From Octopus vulgaris (Eukaryota), in assembly GCA_951406725.2 (NCBI GenBank), contig OX597834.1:36394001-36458000 (forward strand): DNA of 64,000 nt, read 5' to 3'. Positions within the stretch are counted from its first letter, which is position 1, and the number at the start of each line of letters is the position of its first letter. This document shows positions 1 to 14,423 of the stretch, piece by piece. Both the position numbers and the translations under genes were made by a program. Below the pieces are notes generated by a model, which was not told the origin of the DNA, did no database searches, and saw only the letters and a list, made by a program, of their open reading frames with translations.

Positions 1-87
1 TTATCATTTAAATATATACAAACATGTCTAGATATGTAACTATATGCATGAGTGAGACATACATTAAAAAAACATACAAATCTGCTC

Positions 88-126
88 ATATACATACATA
101 CATTCATACATACATACATACATACA

Positions 127-159
<33 letters not shown>

Positions 160-260
160 CCATACATACATACATACATACATACATACATACATACATA
201 CATACATACATACATACATACATACATACTACATACATACATACATACATACATTCATGC
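88..260. repeat. (CATA)n microsatellite (one of dozens of TA, CA, TATG, TATC and TAA tracts)
   Basis: Seen directly; these tracts produce the many spurious IY/HT/VC ORFs. Confidence 0.95.
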
Positions 261-449
261 ATACAAAAATTGCAAGTAATATGTCTGGTGACATAAGATA
301 TCTGATGAGATAAGATAATTAAGATACAATTAATGCTTAGATTGACTTCCTGCCTAAATCCCACCTTGAACTGCAACATAAAATGCAGGGATGTTATATA
401 TGTCAAAATGAAGAGTGGCTATATGTAGTGTGTGTGTATATATGTGTAT

Positions 450-545
<96 letters not shown>

Positions 546-555
546 CTTTCTCTCT

Positions 556-862
556 TTCTTTTACTTGTTTCAGTCATTTGACTGCGGCCATGCTGGAGCA
601 CCGCCTTTAGTTGAGCAAATCGACCCCAGGACTTAGTCTTTGTAAGCCTAGTACTTATTCTATCGGTCTCTTTTGCCGAACCGCTAAGTTACGGTGACGT
701 AAACACACCAGCATCGGTTGTCAAGTGATGTTGCGGGGACAAACACAGACACACAAGCATATACACTCACATGTATATATATATATACATATATACGATG
801 GGCTTCTTTCAGTTTCTGTCTACCAAATCCACTCACAAATCTTTGGTCGGCCCGAGGCTATA
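556..862 (-). mobile_element. SINE family A, 5'-truncated
   Basis: Reverse complement of the family A body and tail. Confidence 0.8.
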
Positions 863-880
863 TATATATATATATATATA

Positions 881-1186
881 TCACGTGATCACGTAACCAA
901 CCAGACCATCAGATGTTGTTACACATCGCTGGTCACAATGCGCTTTACATTGTTTTAGTCTTCGAATGACGCCACCCTGCTGGCTAAGCGAGCAGGCCAA
1001 CAGAAGAAAGAGTGGGAGAAAGTTGTGGCGAAAGAGTACAGCAGGGATCACCACCCCCTGCCGGAGCGTCGTGGAGCTTTTAGGTGGTGTTTTCGCTCAA
1101 TAAACACTCACAACGCCCGGTCTGGGAATTGAAACCATGATCCTGCGACCGCGAGTCTGCTGCCCTACCACTGGGCCATTGCGCCT

Positions 1187-1190
<4 letters not shown>
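881..1190 (-). mobile_element. SINE family C-related copy
   Basis: Same tRNA-like head as 29899 with a different 3' part. Confidence 0.7.
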
Positions 1191-1272
<82 letters not shown>

Positions 1273-1652
1273 TTATATATTTATCTATATGTAAAACCTA
1301 TGCGTTTTATTGCACCCTCTATAATTGTTGCACCAATTACTTTCCTTCAGTGCAAAACCCTCAAAGATGCTTGCAGTGAGACACGGAACGACAGAGGAGC
1401 AAAAGAAGAGATTCAAATCTGGGAGAAGGCACAATCGAGAGAGGGTCTTACAGGACATAATACATGAAACCAATGCCGACTTGAACGGACAGGAACAGAT
1501 TGATGTGACCCACGCAGCTAAGAGAGCACTGAATGCAGAAATATCACAGGCAGTGACTGAATACCACCAACAACAACAACACCAACAACAACAAAGAATG
1601 TTACTAAAATGTAAAGGAAATGTGCGGGTGAAACCAGCATCGGTCCGGTTTA

Positions 1653-1691
<39 letters not shown>

Positions 1692-1944
1692 GTATTAATA
1701 AAAGTATTAATTATCGACAGGAAGTGAAGGGGGTTGATTGTGTTGATAAAAGGCGACAAGGATATGGTGGAATCAGTGTGGCCCCTTTAAATGAAGACCA
1801 GAAGAAACAGGTGAATATATAATGTTTTTATTTATTTTTGTGTTTGCTTTTGTTTGGTTCTTTTATTTTTTACTTGTTCAAGTCAGTTGAGTGTGGCCAT
1901 GCTGGAGTAACTGTCTTGAAAGAGTTTTATTTGAACAAACAAGG

Positions 1945-2102
1945 TGCAGGAGTGGCTGTGTGGTAAGTAGCTTGCTAACCAATCACATGGTTCTGGGTTC
2001 AGTCCCACTGTGTGGCACCTTGGGCAAGCGTCTTCTACTATAGCCTCGGGCTGACCAAAGCCTTGTGAGTGGATTTGGTAGACAGAAACTGAAAGAAGCC
2101 TG

Positions 2103-2136
<34 letters not shown>

Positions 2137-2580
2137 TCCTCATCATCATCGTTTTCGTCCGCTTTCCATGCTGGCATGGGTTGGACGGTTTGACTGAGGA
2201 CTGGTGAGCCAGAGGCCGCACCAGGCTCAATCTGATCTGGCAAAGTTTCGACAGCTGGATGCCCTTCCTAATGCCGACCACTTCAAGAGTGTAGTGGGTG
2301 CTTTTACGTGCCACCAGCACGAGGGCCAGTCAGGTGGTTCTGGCAATTACCATGCTCAAAAGGTATATGTATATATTTGTGTGGCTGTGTTTGTCTCCCC
2401 ACCATCGCTTGACAACCTATGCTGGTGTGTTTACATCCTTGTAACTTAGTGGTTCATCAAAAGAGACTGATAGATTAAGTACTAGGTTTACAAAGAATAA
2501 GTCCTGAGGTCAATTTCTTCGACTAAAGACGGTGCTCCAGCATGGTCGATGTCAAATGACTGAAACAAATAAAAGAATAA
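1945..2580 (+). mobile_element. SINE family A with an RTE-tail element nested in its internal microsatellite
   Basis: Head 1945-2105, insert 2135-2360, tail 2365-2580. Confidence 0.75.
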
Positions 2581-3432
2581 AGCAATAGAAGAATGAACTG
2601 CCCCAGTACTTTTTTTTTATTGCTATAATGTGGTACTTATTTTTATCAGAATGTTTTGCCAATCTGCTATGTTGTAGGGACATAAACAAAACAACACCGG
2701 TTATCATATGCTAGCAGGAATGGGCACAAATGTAAAGATGCATACACTGGCTCTCGGTTGATTTGGAAAGGCAACGGTTCCAGTTGATCGAATCAATGGA
2801 ACAGCCTGCTCATGAAATGAACAACATGCAAGTGGCTGAGTACTCCACAGACATTAAACAACAATGATGATGATGATGATGAAGATATATGTGTGTGTGT
2901 GAGTGTGTGTGTGTATGTGTGTGTTCTTGAGCAAAGCATTTCATTTCACATTGCTCTACGATCATTTCGTCATCTGACATGTGGCACCCAGTTGCACCTG
3001 TACAGGTAACGTTGATCTAATGGAGGGAGTGGGCTTATGTCTACATGAACATTTGATCACTATAAACAAATCATCCATGCGGTTGTTCGGTAAGAAATTG
3101 TCAAACCCTTATACATCATCTAATGACGGGAGAGTCCATTATACACACACACACACACTCACACACACTAATATCGAACAGTGATAATGAGTGTTGAGCA
3201 CCACATGGGCGGATAAATATTCTTTATATGTCAGTTAATAAGACAACCAATGTTTGTTCAATTGGACCACATGTGAGTGCTGACTCTTGTCTCTATTTTG
3301 CATTCACATCTAAAATAGAGATGAACATCAGCAACCCTATGTGGTATGCTTGAACAATTGTGAAAATATCTTCACATGAAACCATTGGTTGCTTTGTTAA
3401 CCCACAAATATAAAAAAAAACAAGTATGTATA

Positions 3433-3825
3433 TAGGCGCAGGAGTGGCTGTGTGGTAAGTAGCTTGTTTACCAACCACATGGTTCCGGGTTCAGTCCCAC
3501 TGCGCAGCACCCTGGGCAAGTGTCTTCTACTATAGCCTCGGGCCAACCAAAGCCTTGTGAGTGGATTTGGTAGACGGAAACTGAAAGAAGCCTGTCGTAT
3601 ATATGTATATGTATGTGTGTGTTTGTGTGTCTGTGTTTGTCCCCGTTGCATTGCTTGACAACTGATGCTGGTGTGTTTATGTCCCCGTCACTTAGCGGTT
3701 TGGCAAAAGAAACCGATAGAATAAGTACTGGGCTTACAAAGAATAAGTCCCGGGGTCGAGTTGCTCGATTAGAAGTGGTGCTCCAGCATGGCCACAGTCA
3801 AATGACTAAAACGAGTAAAAGAGTA
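3433..3825 (+). mobile_element. tRNA-derived SINE family A (full-length; internal TA/TG microsatellite)
   Basis: A box TGGCTGTGTGG, B box GGTTCAGTCCC and tail gtcaaatgactgaaacaagtaaaaga. More than 12 copies occur in the window. Confidence 0.85.
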
Positions 3826-4728
3826 TATATATGTATATATATATATCAACATACTTATGTTTTTCTTCTAGCAATATCCTTATGAGAAGAGCCAGCAATA
3901 CTGGGCCAATGTCCGCAGTAACCTCTTGCAAAGGGAATCTCTGGAAAAGCAGAAGTACAAAGAAACACAGGAGACCCGGCTGTTACGGAAGAACAAACCC
4001 TTAAAACAATTCAAAGAAGGAGACCAGAATAAAAAATATTGGGGTCGAGAATTGGTCCTTTATCGTACCAAGATAATGTCATAGTTCATTTTATTCTATA
4101 CCCACAAGACCATACATCTTCAAATGTGTATGTATGTATGTGTGAGAATGTGTGTGTGTGTGTATGTGTGTATATTATATTATATTATATTTTATGAAGT
4201 TCTGAGGAATTACTTCCACCATATACTAGAAAAGAAATTCTGTATAGCACATTGAAATTAATTAAAAGCTGGCAACATGGTTACAACATTGTGCAAAAAT
4301 TGGTTATATCGGGTGGTGATGAAACAATTGTAAACAATGTATTAAAATAATTTGCTAACTCCATTCTTTGCTATTTGTTATCATATATCTAATCACGTTT
4401 CATATACATTCCACTATGTAAAATAATTTCTCTGCCTGACCTGTAATTGAAATTATTGTTTCTGGATAATAAATGTGATACCAGTATCTTCCTTCCTTCA
4501 TTTGTTTTATGTATATAGCGCTTGTGTATATTTATGTATACATGTATTCATGTGTGTGTGTTGTAAGTGCTTGAAGTATTATTATTGTTGTTGTTGTTGT
4601 TGTTGTTATTATCATTATTCCTCATTTAACATCTGCTTTCCATGTGAGCATGGCTTGGGCAATTTGACTGAGGACTGGCGAACCAGATGGCTGCACCAGG
4701 CCCCAATCTGATTATTATTATTATTATG

Positions 4729-4778
<50 letters not shown>

Positions 4779-4864
4779 TTTAACGTCTGCTTTCCATGCG
4801 AGCATAGGTTGGACAATTTGACTGAGGACTGGCAAACCAGATGGCTGCACCAGGCCCCAATCTG

Positions 4865-4921
<57 letters not shown>

Positions 4922-5557
4922 TTCAATTCTGGTTTATTTTCATTATAACTTTTTTCAACTGCTTTAGTACTGGGCATCTGGAGGCCAAAAGCAGCAAGGG
5001 CACTTTTGTTTTGCTATGCATACTAAAATTATCACCACATTTATTCCATTTTAGATGGAGAGTGTGTTCTGTAGTATATGGGCTGCACCCATCAAGGTTA
5101 TCTTTTGTGACTAAATAGGTCAGCTCCTGTCCATTTGAACTTCACCTGACATGGCTGAGGTCGTAGGTCAAAAGGAGATGATTTATCATTTTTGACAGGA
5201 CAAAGAAAACCTTTTTTCGCACCTGTTGATCGTGGTGGTTTGGACCACCGAGAATCCTTAGATTCGGTTTCGAATCTAAGCTTGGAGAAGGAAGTGTTAA
5301 TTTTTACAGATACACAATACACTTATTATTATAGGAATTGTTTCAGTTTTTCAACTCTACATTTAAGGCAGCAAGCTGGCAGAATCATTAGCACGCCGAG
5401 CGAGATGCTTAGCTGTATTTCATTTGTCACTATGTTCTGAGTTCAAATTCCGCCAAGGTCAAACTTTGCCTTTCATACTTTTGGGGTCTATAAATCAAGT
5501 ATTGATGCAATCGACTAGCCCCCTCCCCCAAAATGCCATTTTGACAAAATTTGAAAC

Positions 5558-5591
<34 letters not shown>

Positions 5592-7203
5592 GAGTGAGAG
5601 CAGTACGTGCCATCGAAGTGATGCTGGGGTACAAATATACAAAGCCCAGTATACCCTTCGTGACTATCTGTCTGATAAGGGTACAACAGTCATACGTATC
5701 TCAACCATGTGTGTACAACATGATGGTCTCATATGAAGATAAATAGCACATAACCTTGCAGGTGGGGCCTCGTAAGAATTATTTTTACCATTATCATTAC
5801 GTGTGCTCTCCGCAACTGGCAGAATCATTAGCATGCTGAACTTAGATGTTATCTGCTGACAGGCAGATGAAAATTTAACATTTCTTTCATCTTTCTCAGA
5901 GAATTTTCCTGTAGAACACTCGGTCTCCCATCATAATACGGCTGCATTTGAAGCAAGGCAACTGTTTTTTATACATTTTATGACATGAAAATACGTCGGT
6001 AAAAGAGACACTATTCTTTGTATACCAAATAATAAACGTATTAACTATTTGTTAAGAGTTACTCCCCTTGAATTGTTTCCCCTGGAATCAATACTGTTTG
6101 TTCTGTCAATAAACTTCTAAGCCCCCCCCCCCTCTACGTCACTTTCATTTACTTTTCTTTATTCTTTAATCTTTTCGCTTTTCACTTGCTTCAGTCATTA
6201 GCTTGCGGCCATGCTGGGGCACTGCTTTGAAAAGCTTTGTTCAAACAAATCGACCCTTATTCTAGTGCTTTTGTTTTTTTAAAAAAAGCCTGGTATTTGT
6301 TCTATCGATATCCTTTTGGTGAACTGCTATGTTACAGGGACGTTAACACGCCAGCACTGGTTGTCAAGCAGTGACAAGGAACACACACGCACGCGCGCAC
6401 GTGCAAATAGGTTCTTTCAGTTTCCGTCTACCCACAAGGCTAGGATTAGCATGAGACTATAGCAGAAGATACTTGCTGAAGGCGCCACTCTGTGGGCTGG
6501 AACTCGGAATCATGTGGTCGAAAGCAAATTTCTTACCAAGCAGCAACACCTACGCCTCAATACTAATATACTTCTATTTATTACTATTTTATTTTGGAAA
6601 TTTTAAGTTATACCATTCCCCTCTGAGGAACATACACATGTTGGGCATCCTAGGGGCCAATAGGCCAAAGGCCAACAAGTTGGCTGTGGAGACAGCTGCA
6701 GTGAGACCCATTACTGTTGTGACATTTTAAATAGTCTCCACATATTAATCTTTAATTATTGATCGTTTGACCAATCACCGGAGTTTGGAACATTTGGTTG
6801 GATCTTCTATTTTGATTGGTCAAGTATTTACACAGGATGAGGATCTTGGATGCAATCACGTTTGTAATACTTTCTAAATATCCAACCTGGGCTGTTGCTG
6901 GGGGCCTACATCTTTCTTTATATGGCCTTAACAAAACCTCTATGACAGACAGGTGAGAAGATTCCAAGAGGATGCATCATGACATTTTCCTGCTGTCATA
7001 ATGAAGCAGTTGTAACCATCAATGGCCAGAGCTGAATTATCAAAATGATGGATGAACTATACAACCATCAGAATCCATGATGTTTTTTTTTTTTTGTCCA
7101 CTGTATTATTTAGCAGAGGAATAAAGTTTCACTGTTAATTTAAAGTCTGTTTCTTGTACTATTTCCATGAGTTAACACGCAGCACATGTTATATAATGGT
7201 ATG

Positions 7204-7432
7204 CGGCGAGCTGGCAGAAACGTTAGCACACCGGACGAAATACTTAGCAGTATTTCGTCTGCCATTACATTCAGAGTTCAAATTACGCCGAGGTCGACTT
7301 TGCCTTTCATCCTTTCAGGGTCGATAAATTAAGTACCAGTTATGCACTGGAGGTCGATATAATCGACTTAATCCGTGTGTCTGTCCTTGTTTGTCTCCTC
7401 TGTGTTTAGCCCCTTGTGGGTATAGAGAAATA
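7204..7432 (+). mobile_element. tRNA-derived SINE family B (Deu/Nin-like central domain)
   Basis: TGGCAGAAACGTTAG...GAGTTCAAATT boxes and the core gcctttcatcctttcggggtcgataaattaagtaccag. Copies at 7985-8200, 33650-33882, 35716-35933, 43440-43750, 45125-45530, 47075-47285 and 63655-64000. Confidence 0.8.
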
Positions 7433-8482
7433 GGTATGCGAGATTCTGTAGTAAACCAAGAGAGACTTTATAACCGCCCCAGCTAAACGGTGAAGCTTAC
7501 CTCAAGGTGGTTAAGGTTTTGGTGGGGTAGACTCTGGCAGAGGGCAATGCTACCAGGGGTGATGTGAACTGGATACATGCTAGGCCTGGATCAGCCCTGG
7601 CTGGGTACCCTGGGTGAATACTTCCAATTGTTGACTGTCCCAAAACAATAAGACCAGGAAACATTATTTGTTATGTATGTGTTCAAGTGCATGGCAGGAT
7701 GGTAATTAGAAAAACAAGGATGGGCTTCTTATAGTTTCTGTCTTCTAAATCCACTTGCAAGGCTTTGGTTGACCCAGGGCAATAGTAGAAGACACTTGTC
7801 TGAGGTGCTCTGAAGTAGGATTGAACACAAACCCATGGGATTGAGAAGGAAATTCAGTCACCCTGCAGCCATGACTGGGCCAACTGCCTGGGTATATACC
7901 ATTTTGTATATAAGAGTGCTTTGCAGTCATATGGTTCCAGGTTCAGTCCCACTGCCTGGCACTTCGAGCATGTGTTTTCTACTATTCTTTCCTACTCTAG
8001 GCACAAGGCCTGAAAATTTGAGGGAGGGGTGCCAGTCGATTAGATCAACCCCAGTACACAACTGGTACTTAATTTATCAACCCTGAAAGGATGAAAGGCA
8101 AAGTCGACCTCAGCAGAATTTGAACTCAGAACATAAAGACAGACGAAATACTGCTAAGCACTTCCCCTAGCGTGCTATTGTTTCTGCCAGCTCACTGCCT
8201 TTGGGTCTTCTACTATTGGTCCTGACCAAACAATGCCTGGTGAGTGAATTTGGTTGACCAGGGGGCAAGAGTAGAACACACATACCCAAGGGGTCATATA
8301 GTGAGATTAAACCCTTACCTACATGGCAAGCTTCTTAATCTCAGTCAAACCTGGACTGAGCATAAATAAATAAATAAATGAATAGATAAATAAATAAATA
8401 AATAAATAAACAAACAAATAAATAAAAACAGAAAAATAAAACAGAAAATACGACCATAATTAATTTGATTTATCAACCTTAT

Positions 8483-8488
8483 TTTATT
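8483..8488 (-). terminator. Poly(A) signal for terminal exon 2b
   Basis: AATAAA on the minus strand in the same conserved block as 13953, with a downstream U-rich tract (plus-strand (taaa)n at 8363-8425). Confidence 0.6.
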
Positions 8489-9584
8489 AATCCACACATC
8501 TGTGACAAAATGTTTTTGCAAAGAAATAACATAACAATTAAATTCCGTTTTTCCTTAATTTTCCTTAAAACTTGCTCAAAGATGTTTCTTACTACAATAT
8601 TCTATGAAAAGTTATTATACAGTACTAGTTAAATAAGAATATGCAGTTTTGTTTTTTTATCAGTTATGGCATAGTATCTATCATAATTTCTGTATTTGAT
8701 GGCATAAAAGAAGCATGGGTAGCTCATATTCAAGGCATAACATATTGGTTTGGAATAAGATATTGGCAAGGTGTAGCATATTGGCAAGGCAATGCATATT
8801 GGTAAGGTACAGCACCTGTTCAGCCACTCTACCAGGGAGACAGCTAAGTCGTGGGACTGCAGCATGGTGGGTTGTGAAGAAGCAGTGGAAGAGCTCAACT
8901 GAGCCGATAGAGGTCCTTACATTGGTGCTGAGCGAAGGAATCCCAGAAGATGAATAGTCAGGAACAACAAGCTCTATCAAGAGAGTAACTACAATGTGTC
9001 CATAGGGGGTGATGTCCATCCTTGGCTGTGTAATTAGCTAATGAAGGAGTCATTATGACTCAAGCTCCCAATTCAAATATGAAAAATAGAATTGGGGTGG
9101 GAGGTGACCGAGGGAGTCACAAGAACCCAAGCAAGCAGCACGACCGGTCGATGATGATATTGAAGAGAAGGGATGCTGCAGGGACAAAATCAGCCCAAGG
9201 GAGGACCCAACTTCACAAAGAAGACCCAGAGGGATATTTTAGACCCCTTTTTATAATCTTTGGTAAACAGAAAGAAAAAAACATGCATCTTAAATGCCAC
9301 ATGCTATTTAGTAATAGTTATCAATCATTAGCTATCAATCATTAGTTATCAATCATTAACTACCTATCATTACATAATATAATTTATCTCTTACATGTTA
9401 TTGAATAACATCTATTATATGTTATTTTGTATATTACAACAACCAGTGGCAGACTGGCCAGGTTGCCAGCATGTCTGATGGCAAGTGGGCCCCTGTGCCA
9501 TGAGAATCCATACATGGGGGCCCATCCCCCCAAGTTTGAGAATTTTTTTTATCATTATTATTATTATTATTATTATTATCACTA

Positions 9585-9627
<43 letters not shown>

Positions 9628-9639
9628 CATTATCATTAC

Positions 9640-9699
<60 letters not shown>

Positions 9700-10173
9700 A
9701 TGATTTATGTAACTGCTATGCTATTCTTGCTTTATTTGTTCTTTAGTTCTACAAACAGCAAATTATTGACCAAGGCAAGATAGGTAACTCACGTCATTAT
9801 TGTTTGCACAGCAAAGTTTGGCGAATTTCTTTGCACATATGCATATTTGTCTGTTAGTTACATTCATAACTGTTAAATATATTAAAATATAGAAATTGGT
9901 ATTGAATTATAATAAAGTTATTTAAAAGCCTGACGATTGGGGTTGAGTTTAATAAATGTTCCTGTAAAAGACTGCGTGTTTAAGGAACGGTAAAAGAACC
10001 TCAAGAAACACGTGTAGCAGAGAAATTTCGAAATGATTAGTAAGTATTAAAATAAAATTCTTTTATTTGGTGGGATGTATATTTTGCATGGGACTGCTAT
10101 CTCTAAATAACATATGTATCTATATATATATACACTCACACACATTACATACATACACAGATGCACATGCATA

Positions 10174-10204
<31 letters not shown>

Positions 10205-10330
10205 GTATGCATATGCTTGCATTTATGTATGTATGTATGTATGTATGTATGTATGTGCGTATTTATGTATCCATGTATGTAATATGCATACTTATATAAA
10301 TTTCATTTGCGCATGAATCTTGGAATTTAC

Positions 10331-10374
<44 letters not shown>

Positions 10375-10375
10375 G

Positions 10376-10427
<52 letters not shown>

Positions 10428-10529
10428 CATCAACCGATAAGGGTGGGAAAATTGGATACTAATTGAATAGTACATCCATTTAACACCAAGTGGCTTAGTG
10501 CATAAAAAACCCGGATTACGATACATTTT

Positions 10530-10820
10530 ATACATAAATATAAGAGAGTGACCACAATGTGGTCTACTCTAGCACTAAAAATAGATCCGCCAGGTTTCAG
10601 CCACAAAAGCAATTGTTTCCGATTTAAGTCAACACTACTACCAGCGCAAATGAACTAATCGACCTAATCTACATTTTTGTTATGTTTATTTGCCCTGTTC
10701 ATTTGCGCTGGTAGTAGTGCTAACTTTCATCGGAAACAATTTCTTTTGTGGCTGAAACGTTGCGGATCTATTTTTAGTGCTAGAGTAGACCACATGGTGG
10801 TCACTCTTATTTATGTATAT
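10530..10820. mobile_element. Long inverted repeat / MITE-like foldback in the inferred 3'UTR of exon 2b
   Basis: Arms ~10530-10655 and ~10697-10820 are near reverse complements, with a ~40-nt loop. Confidence 0.8.
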
Positions 10821-10831
10821 ATTTATATATA

Positions 10832-10864
<33 letters not shown>

Positions 10865-10877
10865 ATTATGTATATAT

Positions 10878-10909
<32 letters not shown>

Positions 10910-11186
10910 TACATACATATACATACATACATAGAAGATTTGTGTGGATTATATTTGGCAAAGAAGCTGTAGTTTTGTGGTTTTCATTTTTTTTGTAGTT
11001 GGTGTTTCCTCTGTTTCTTTCTTTCTTTCTTTCTTTTTTTTTTTTTTTTTTTTTTTTACCAACCAAATTTTCACTGGAACCTTTCATGTATAAAATTTAA
11101 CAAATCATCTTGTTCTTGAGCATTGACTGGAAGGCAATAAGTGTCAGCAGTGAAGTTTTTTGAGCAAAAGTGCCACACGGTTTACC

Positions 11187-11779
11187 TTATAACTGTTCAT
11201 AGTCTGGTGTAGGTTTACGGAAACGGTAGAAGAGATAGATGAGAGCCAGAAACAAGATTGCAATAGCAATGCCTGCTGCAATTCCACCTCCAAACGAACC
11301 ACCATCAAATGAGCTCTTTTCAGTTGTACCCGGCGCTACACTGCTTGTGACTGTAGTCTTGTGGTTAGTTGTTTCATGTCCCGGAGTAGCTGTTGTGTGG
11401 TTTCCAGGAATGGGTGTTGTGTGGTTTCCAGGAGTGGGTGTTGTGTGGTTTCCAGGAGTGGGTGTTGTGTGGTTTCCAGGAGTGGGTGTTGTGTGGTTTC
11501 CAGGAGTGGGTGTTGTGTGGTTTCCAGGAGTGGGTGTTGTGTGGTTTCCAGGTGTAGCAGTCGAATCGTTACCTGGAGAACTTGTAGACTGTGTTGGATC
11601 ATCTGTATGGTTCCCATGGGCAGTAGTGGTAACATCATGATGTGTGCTGGCTGTGTGTGTTGTCTTGGGATCTGTGGTCTCCGTATGAACATCAGTTGTT
11701 GATATTAAATGTGCAGTGGTAAGTCTTGCGGTTGTGATTGAAGTAGAATGTTCAGTAGATATAACAGAAGTACTTTTCT
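11187..11779 (-). CDS. CD164: Gene B terminal exon 2b: longer mucin + TM + YxxL tail (CD164/TMEM123 family-like), 225-aa isoform
   Basis: Acceptor tataatttcag|AG. Thr/His-rich with (TPGNHTTP)n repeats, ending ...KSSFDGGSFGGGIAAGIAIAILFLALIYLFYRFRKPTPDYEQL*. Confidence 0.82.
11390..11560 (-). repeat. Coding 24-bp minisatellite (~7 units, TPGNHTTP)
   Basis: Plus-strand unit gtgtggtttccaggagtgggtgtt is repeated in tandem; each unit encodes an N-H-T sequon. Confidence 0.9.
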
Positions 11780-11899
11780 CTGAAATTATACAAGAAACAA
11801 ATAAAGACTTATTAAGACTTGTTAAAAAATAAGGAACAAAAAATATTTCCATAATTTTATGAAAATATTTAATAGACATACCTTAAGAGTTTCTTTAAC

Positions 11900-12800
11900 T
11901 CTTTGCCTAGTGTAAAAAGGCAGGATGCACATGTAGAGGCAACACCACATGTCCACTAACTAGCCAATGCAGCACAAAGACTGTTGTATATGAGGCAAAG
12001 GTGATGTCAAAGGAGCTTAGCAAGCAAACAGACATGCAAAGATATGTGGATATGTTAGAATATACCTTCAGTACCAGATCCAATGACCGTAAGTCTTCTT
12101 AAATACTTAAGAGAGGCAAAATGTCACAGCCTTGGCTAGGCATGCATGGTCATTGAAAGAAAGAGCCATGAATGTCTAGTGGAGAATGCTAGTGAGGTTC
12201 AAACTTTACTTTAATAGTTGCAGGAGGTGCAGTCTATGCCTAGCAGAAGAAAAAAACTATAGTAAAGAACTCTATTCACCTGAACACTACCTAAACTGCA
12301 AATATGTCTTCTTTCCTTGCTCACATGAAATGAAATATAGGATTAGTTACCTGCTGACTGCATCATGAATATAATTGTTAGAACTTTAACTATAGATACT
12401 TCACGTCACAACAGTTTGAGTGTTCAACACAATCAATATCACACCCAACGTGGTTTTAAGTTGTGACACCCACCCCAGTCTCTCTTTCTGCACACACACA
12501 CACTTTGCACACATATCAACATCACACCACCCACACCCAAGCCACAACCCCACTTTACTAGCAGTTACTCCTCACACCATGAAGGTACTTTACTCTTTTT
12601 TTTTGTACAAGGGGGCATAACTCTTGATGTATTGCCCGTCTTTTTTTTTTAAACATAATACTTCCAGATTGGATGTGATCTTGCTTGCCTCCAATAGCAG
12701 AGTACCATCACTAAATTTTCCCAAGCAACCACTCTGATGAGCACCATCTTAGGTTATCACCTAACTCATGCATACAAAACCAATTGGAAAAAAATAAGCT
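11900..12800 (+). mobile_element. Penelope-like element 3' fragment (GIY-YIG endonuclease, decayed) with pseudo-LTR
   Basis: Motifs CTCRGNTTCPLTSQCSTKTVVYEAKV...RYV and RRCSLCLAEEK...LN...CSH..K are present. A degenerate CTGATGA...AAAAC-CAATTGG hammerhead remnant lies at ~12734-12788. Confidence 0.7.
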
Positions 12801-13221
12801 GGAATGCATCCTTAATGCAGTACAATATAAATATGGACTTTTCTTATACTTGTTTCAGCTATTGAACTATGGCCATGCTGGAGCACCACCTTGAAGGGCT
12901 TTTGGATTTTTAGTCAAATAAATCACCTTCAGTATGTTTCTTTCAACATACATACATATATACATAAGTACAATGTACAGAAGTTCATTTGGCAAGCACA
13001 TGGTTTCTATTTCAGTCCTACAGCATGGTAGCTCTGGCAAATCATTTCTTCTATGACTCTCGACTAACCAATGCCTTGTGAGTCAATTGGGTAGATGGGA
13101 ACTGTGTGGAAACTGTGTGGAAGCGAACTAAAACTCTTAAAAACAGTGCTACAGCATGTCCACAATCTACTGACTATAACAAGTAATTTCATTTTCTCTC
13201 TCTCTCTTTCTCTTTCTCTCC

Positions 13222-13274
<53 letters not shown>

Positions 13275-13447
13275 ATATAGATAGATACATAGATAGATAG
13301 GCATATATACTGACATAAATACATATATATATGTGTGTGTATATACATATATATATATATATATATACTGCTCTACATCTTAGAGTGTGCTTCTTCATAC
13401 AGATTTATGTTTTTTTAGAAATGATTATATCTATATCTATATATATG

Positions 13448-13543
<96 letters not shown>

Positions 13544-13952
13544 TATATATACATGTATATAAGTATGTATGTATGCATGCATGCATGCATGTATGTATGT
13601 ATGTATGTATGTATGTATGTATGTATGTATGTATGTATGTATGTATGTATGTATGTATGTATGTATGCATGTATGTATGTATGTATGCATGTATGTATAT
13701 TTCTATATATGTATTTTTATCTGTGTATATGACATACTGGGATTAAATCAGCTAGAAATTTTGTCTAAATTTCCAATTGTCGACAAGACATGCTACATAT
13801 CAGCTGAAGACATTCCAGAAATTTACAAAATAAAATAAAATAAAATAAAATAAAATAAAATAAAATAAAATAAAATGAAATAAAATAAAAAAGGAGCAAG
13901 TAAATAAATGAAGAGAAAATATGACCACATTGATTGGGTTAATCAATCTTAT

Positions 13953-13958
13953 TTTATT
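13953..13958 (-). terminator. Poly(A) signal for terminal exon 2a
   Basis: AATAAA on the minus strand within a block (cttattttattaatccacacatctgtgaca) shared with ~8478-8507. A U-rich tract follows (plus-strand (taaaa)n). Confidence 0.6.
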
Positions 13959-14253
13959 AATCCACACATCTGTGACATTATCTTTTGGGAAAGAAATGTT
14001 TGTGTTAAAATTGCTGTTCCAAAATATTTCTTATCACAATATATAAACATTTCGGACAAAATATCTATCGTTAGCTACTATGCAATAATTAATATATATA
14101 TATAACAGTTGCCAGGAATGTTTAATATGCAAATGGTACAGCTATCCATGCCACAAAACCTAGTAGGTATTTAAGCAATAACTTTGTATACAATCGGTGG
14201 TTTAGATTAGGTCCCACTTCCTCAGCACCTAGCTATACTACTCTGTGTGTGTG

Positions 14254-14379
<126 letters not shown>

Positions 14380-14387
14380 TTAGGGAG

Positions 14388-14418
<31 letters not shown>

Positions 14419-14423
<5 letters not shown>

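Noticed and set aside
24-636. Many ORFs of IHTY/YIYI/VCVC/poly-N/poly-E/poly-K type here and throughout the window
   Set aside because: They are translations of microsatellites that lack stop codons.
1325-1822. 165-aa ORF
   Set aside because: Non-ATG start, held open by CAA/AAT repeats, and no recognisable domain or convincing splice sites.
5050-5322. Complex-looking segment with acceptor-like site and small palindrome
   Set aside because: Stops in all plus frames, the minus ORF has no recognisable motif, and there are no partner exons.
11239-11702. Plus-strand and alternate-frame ORFs over exon 2b
   Set aside because: Shadow frames of the 24-bp coding repeat; only the mucin-TM frame has splice signals and family motifs.
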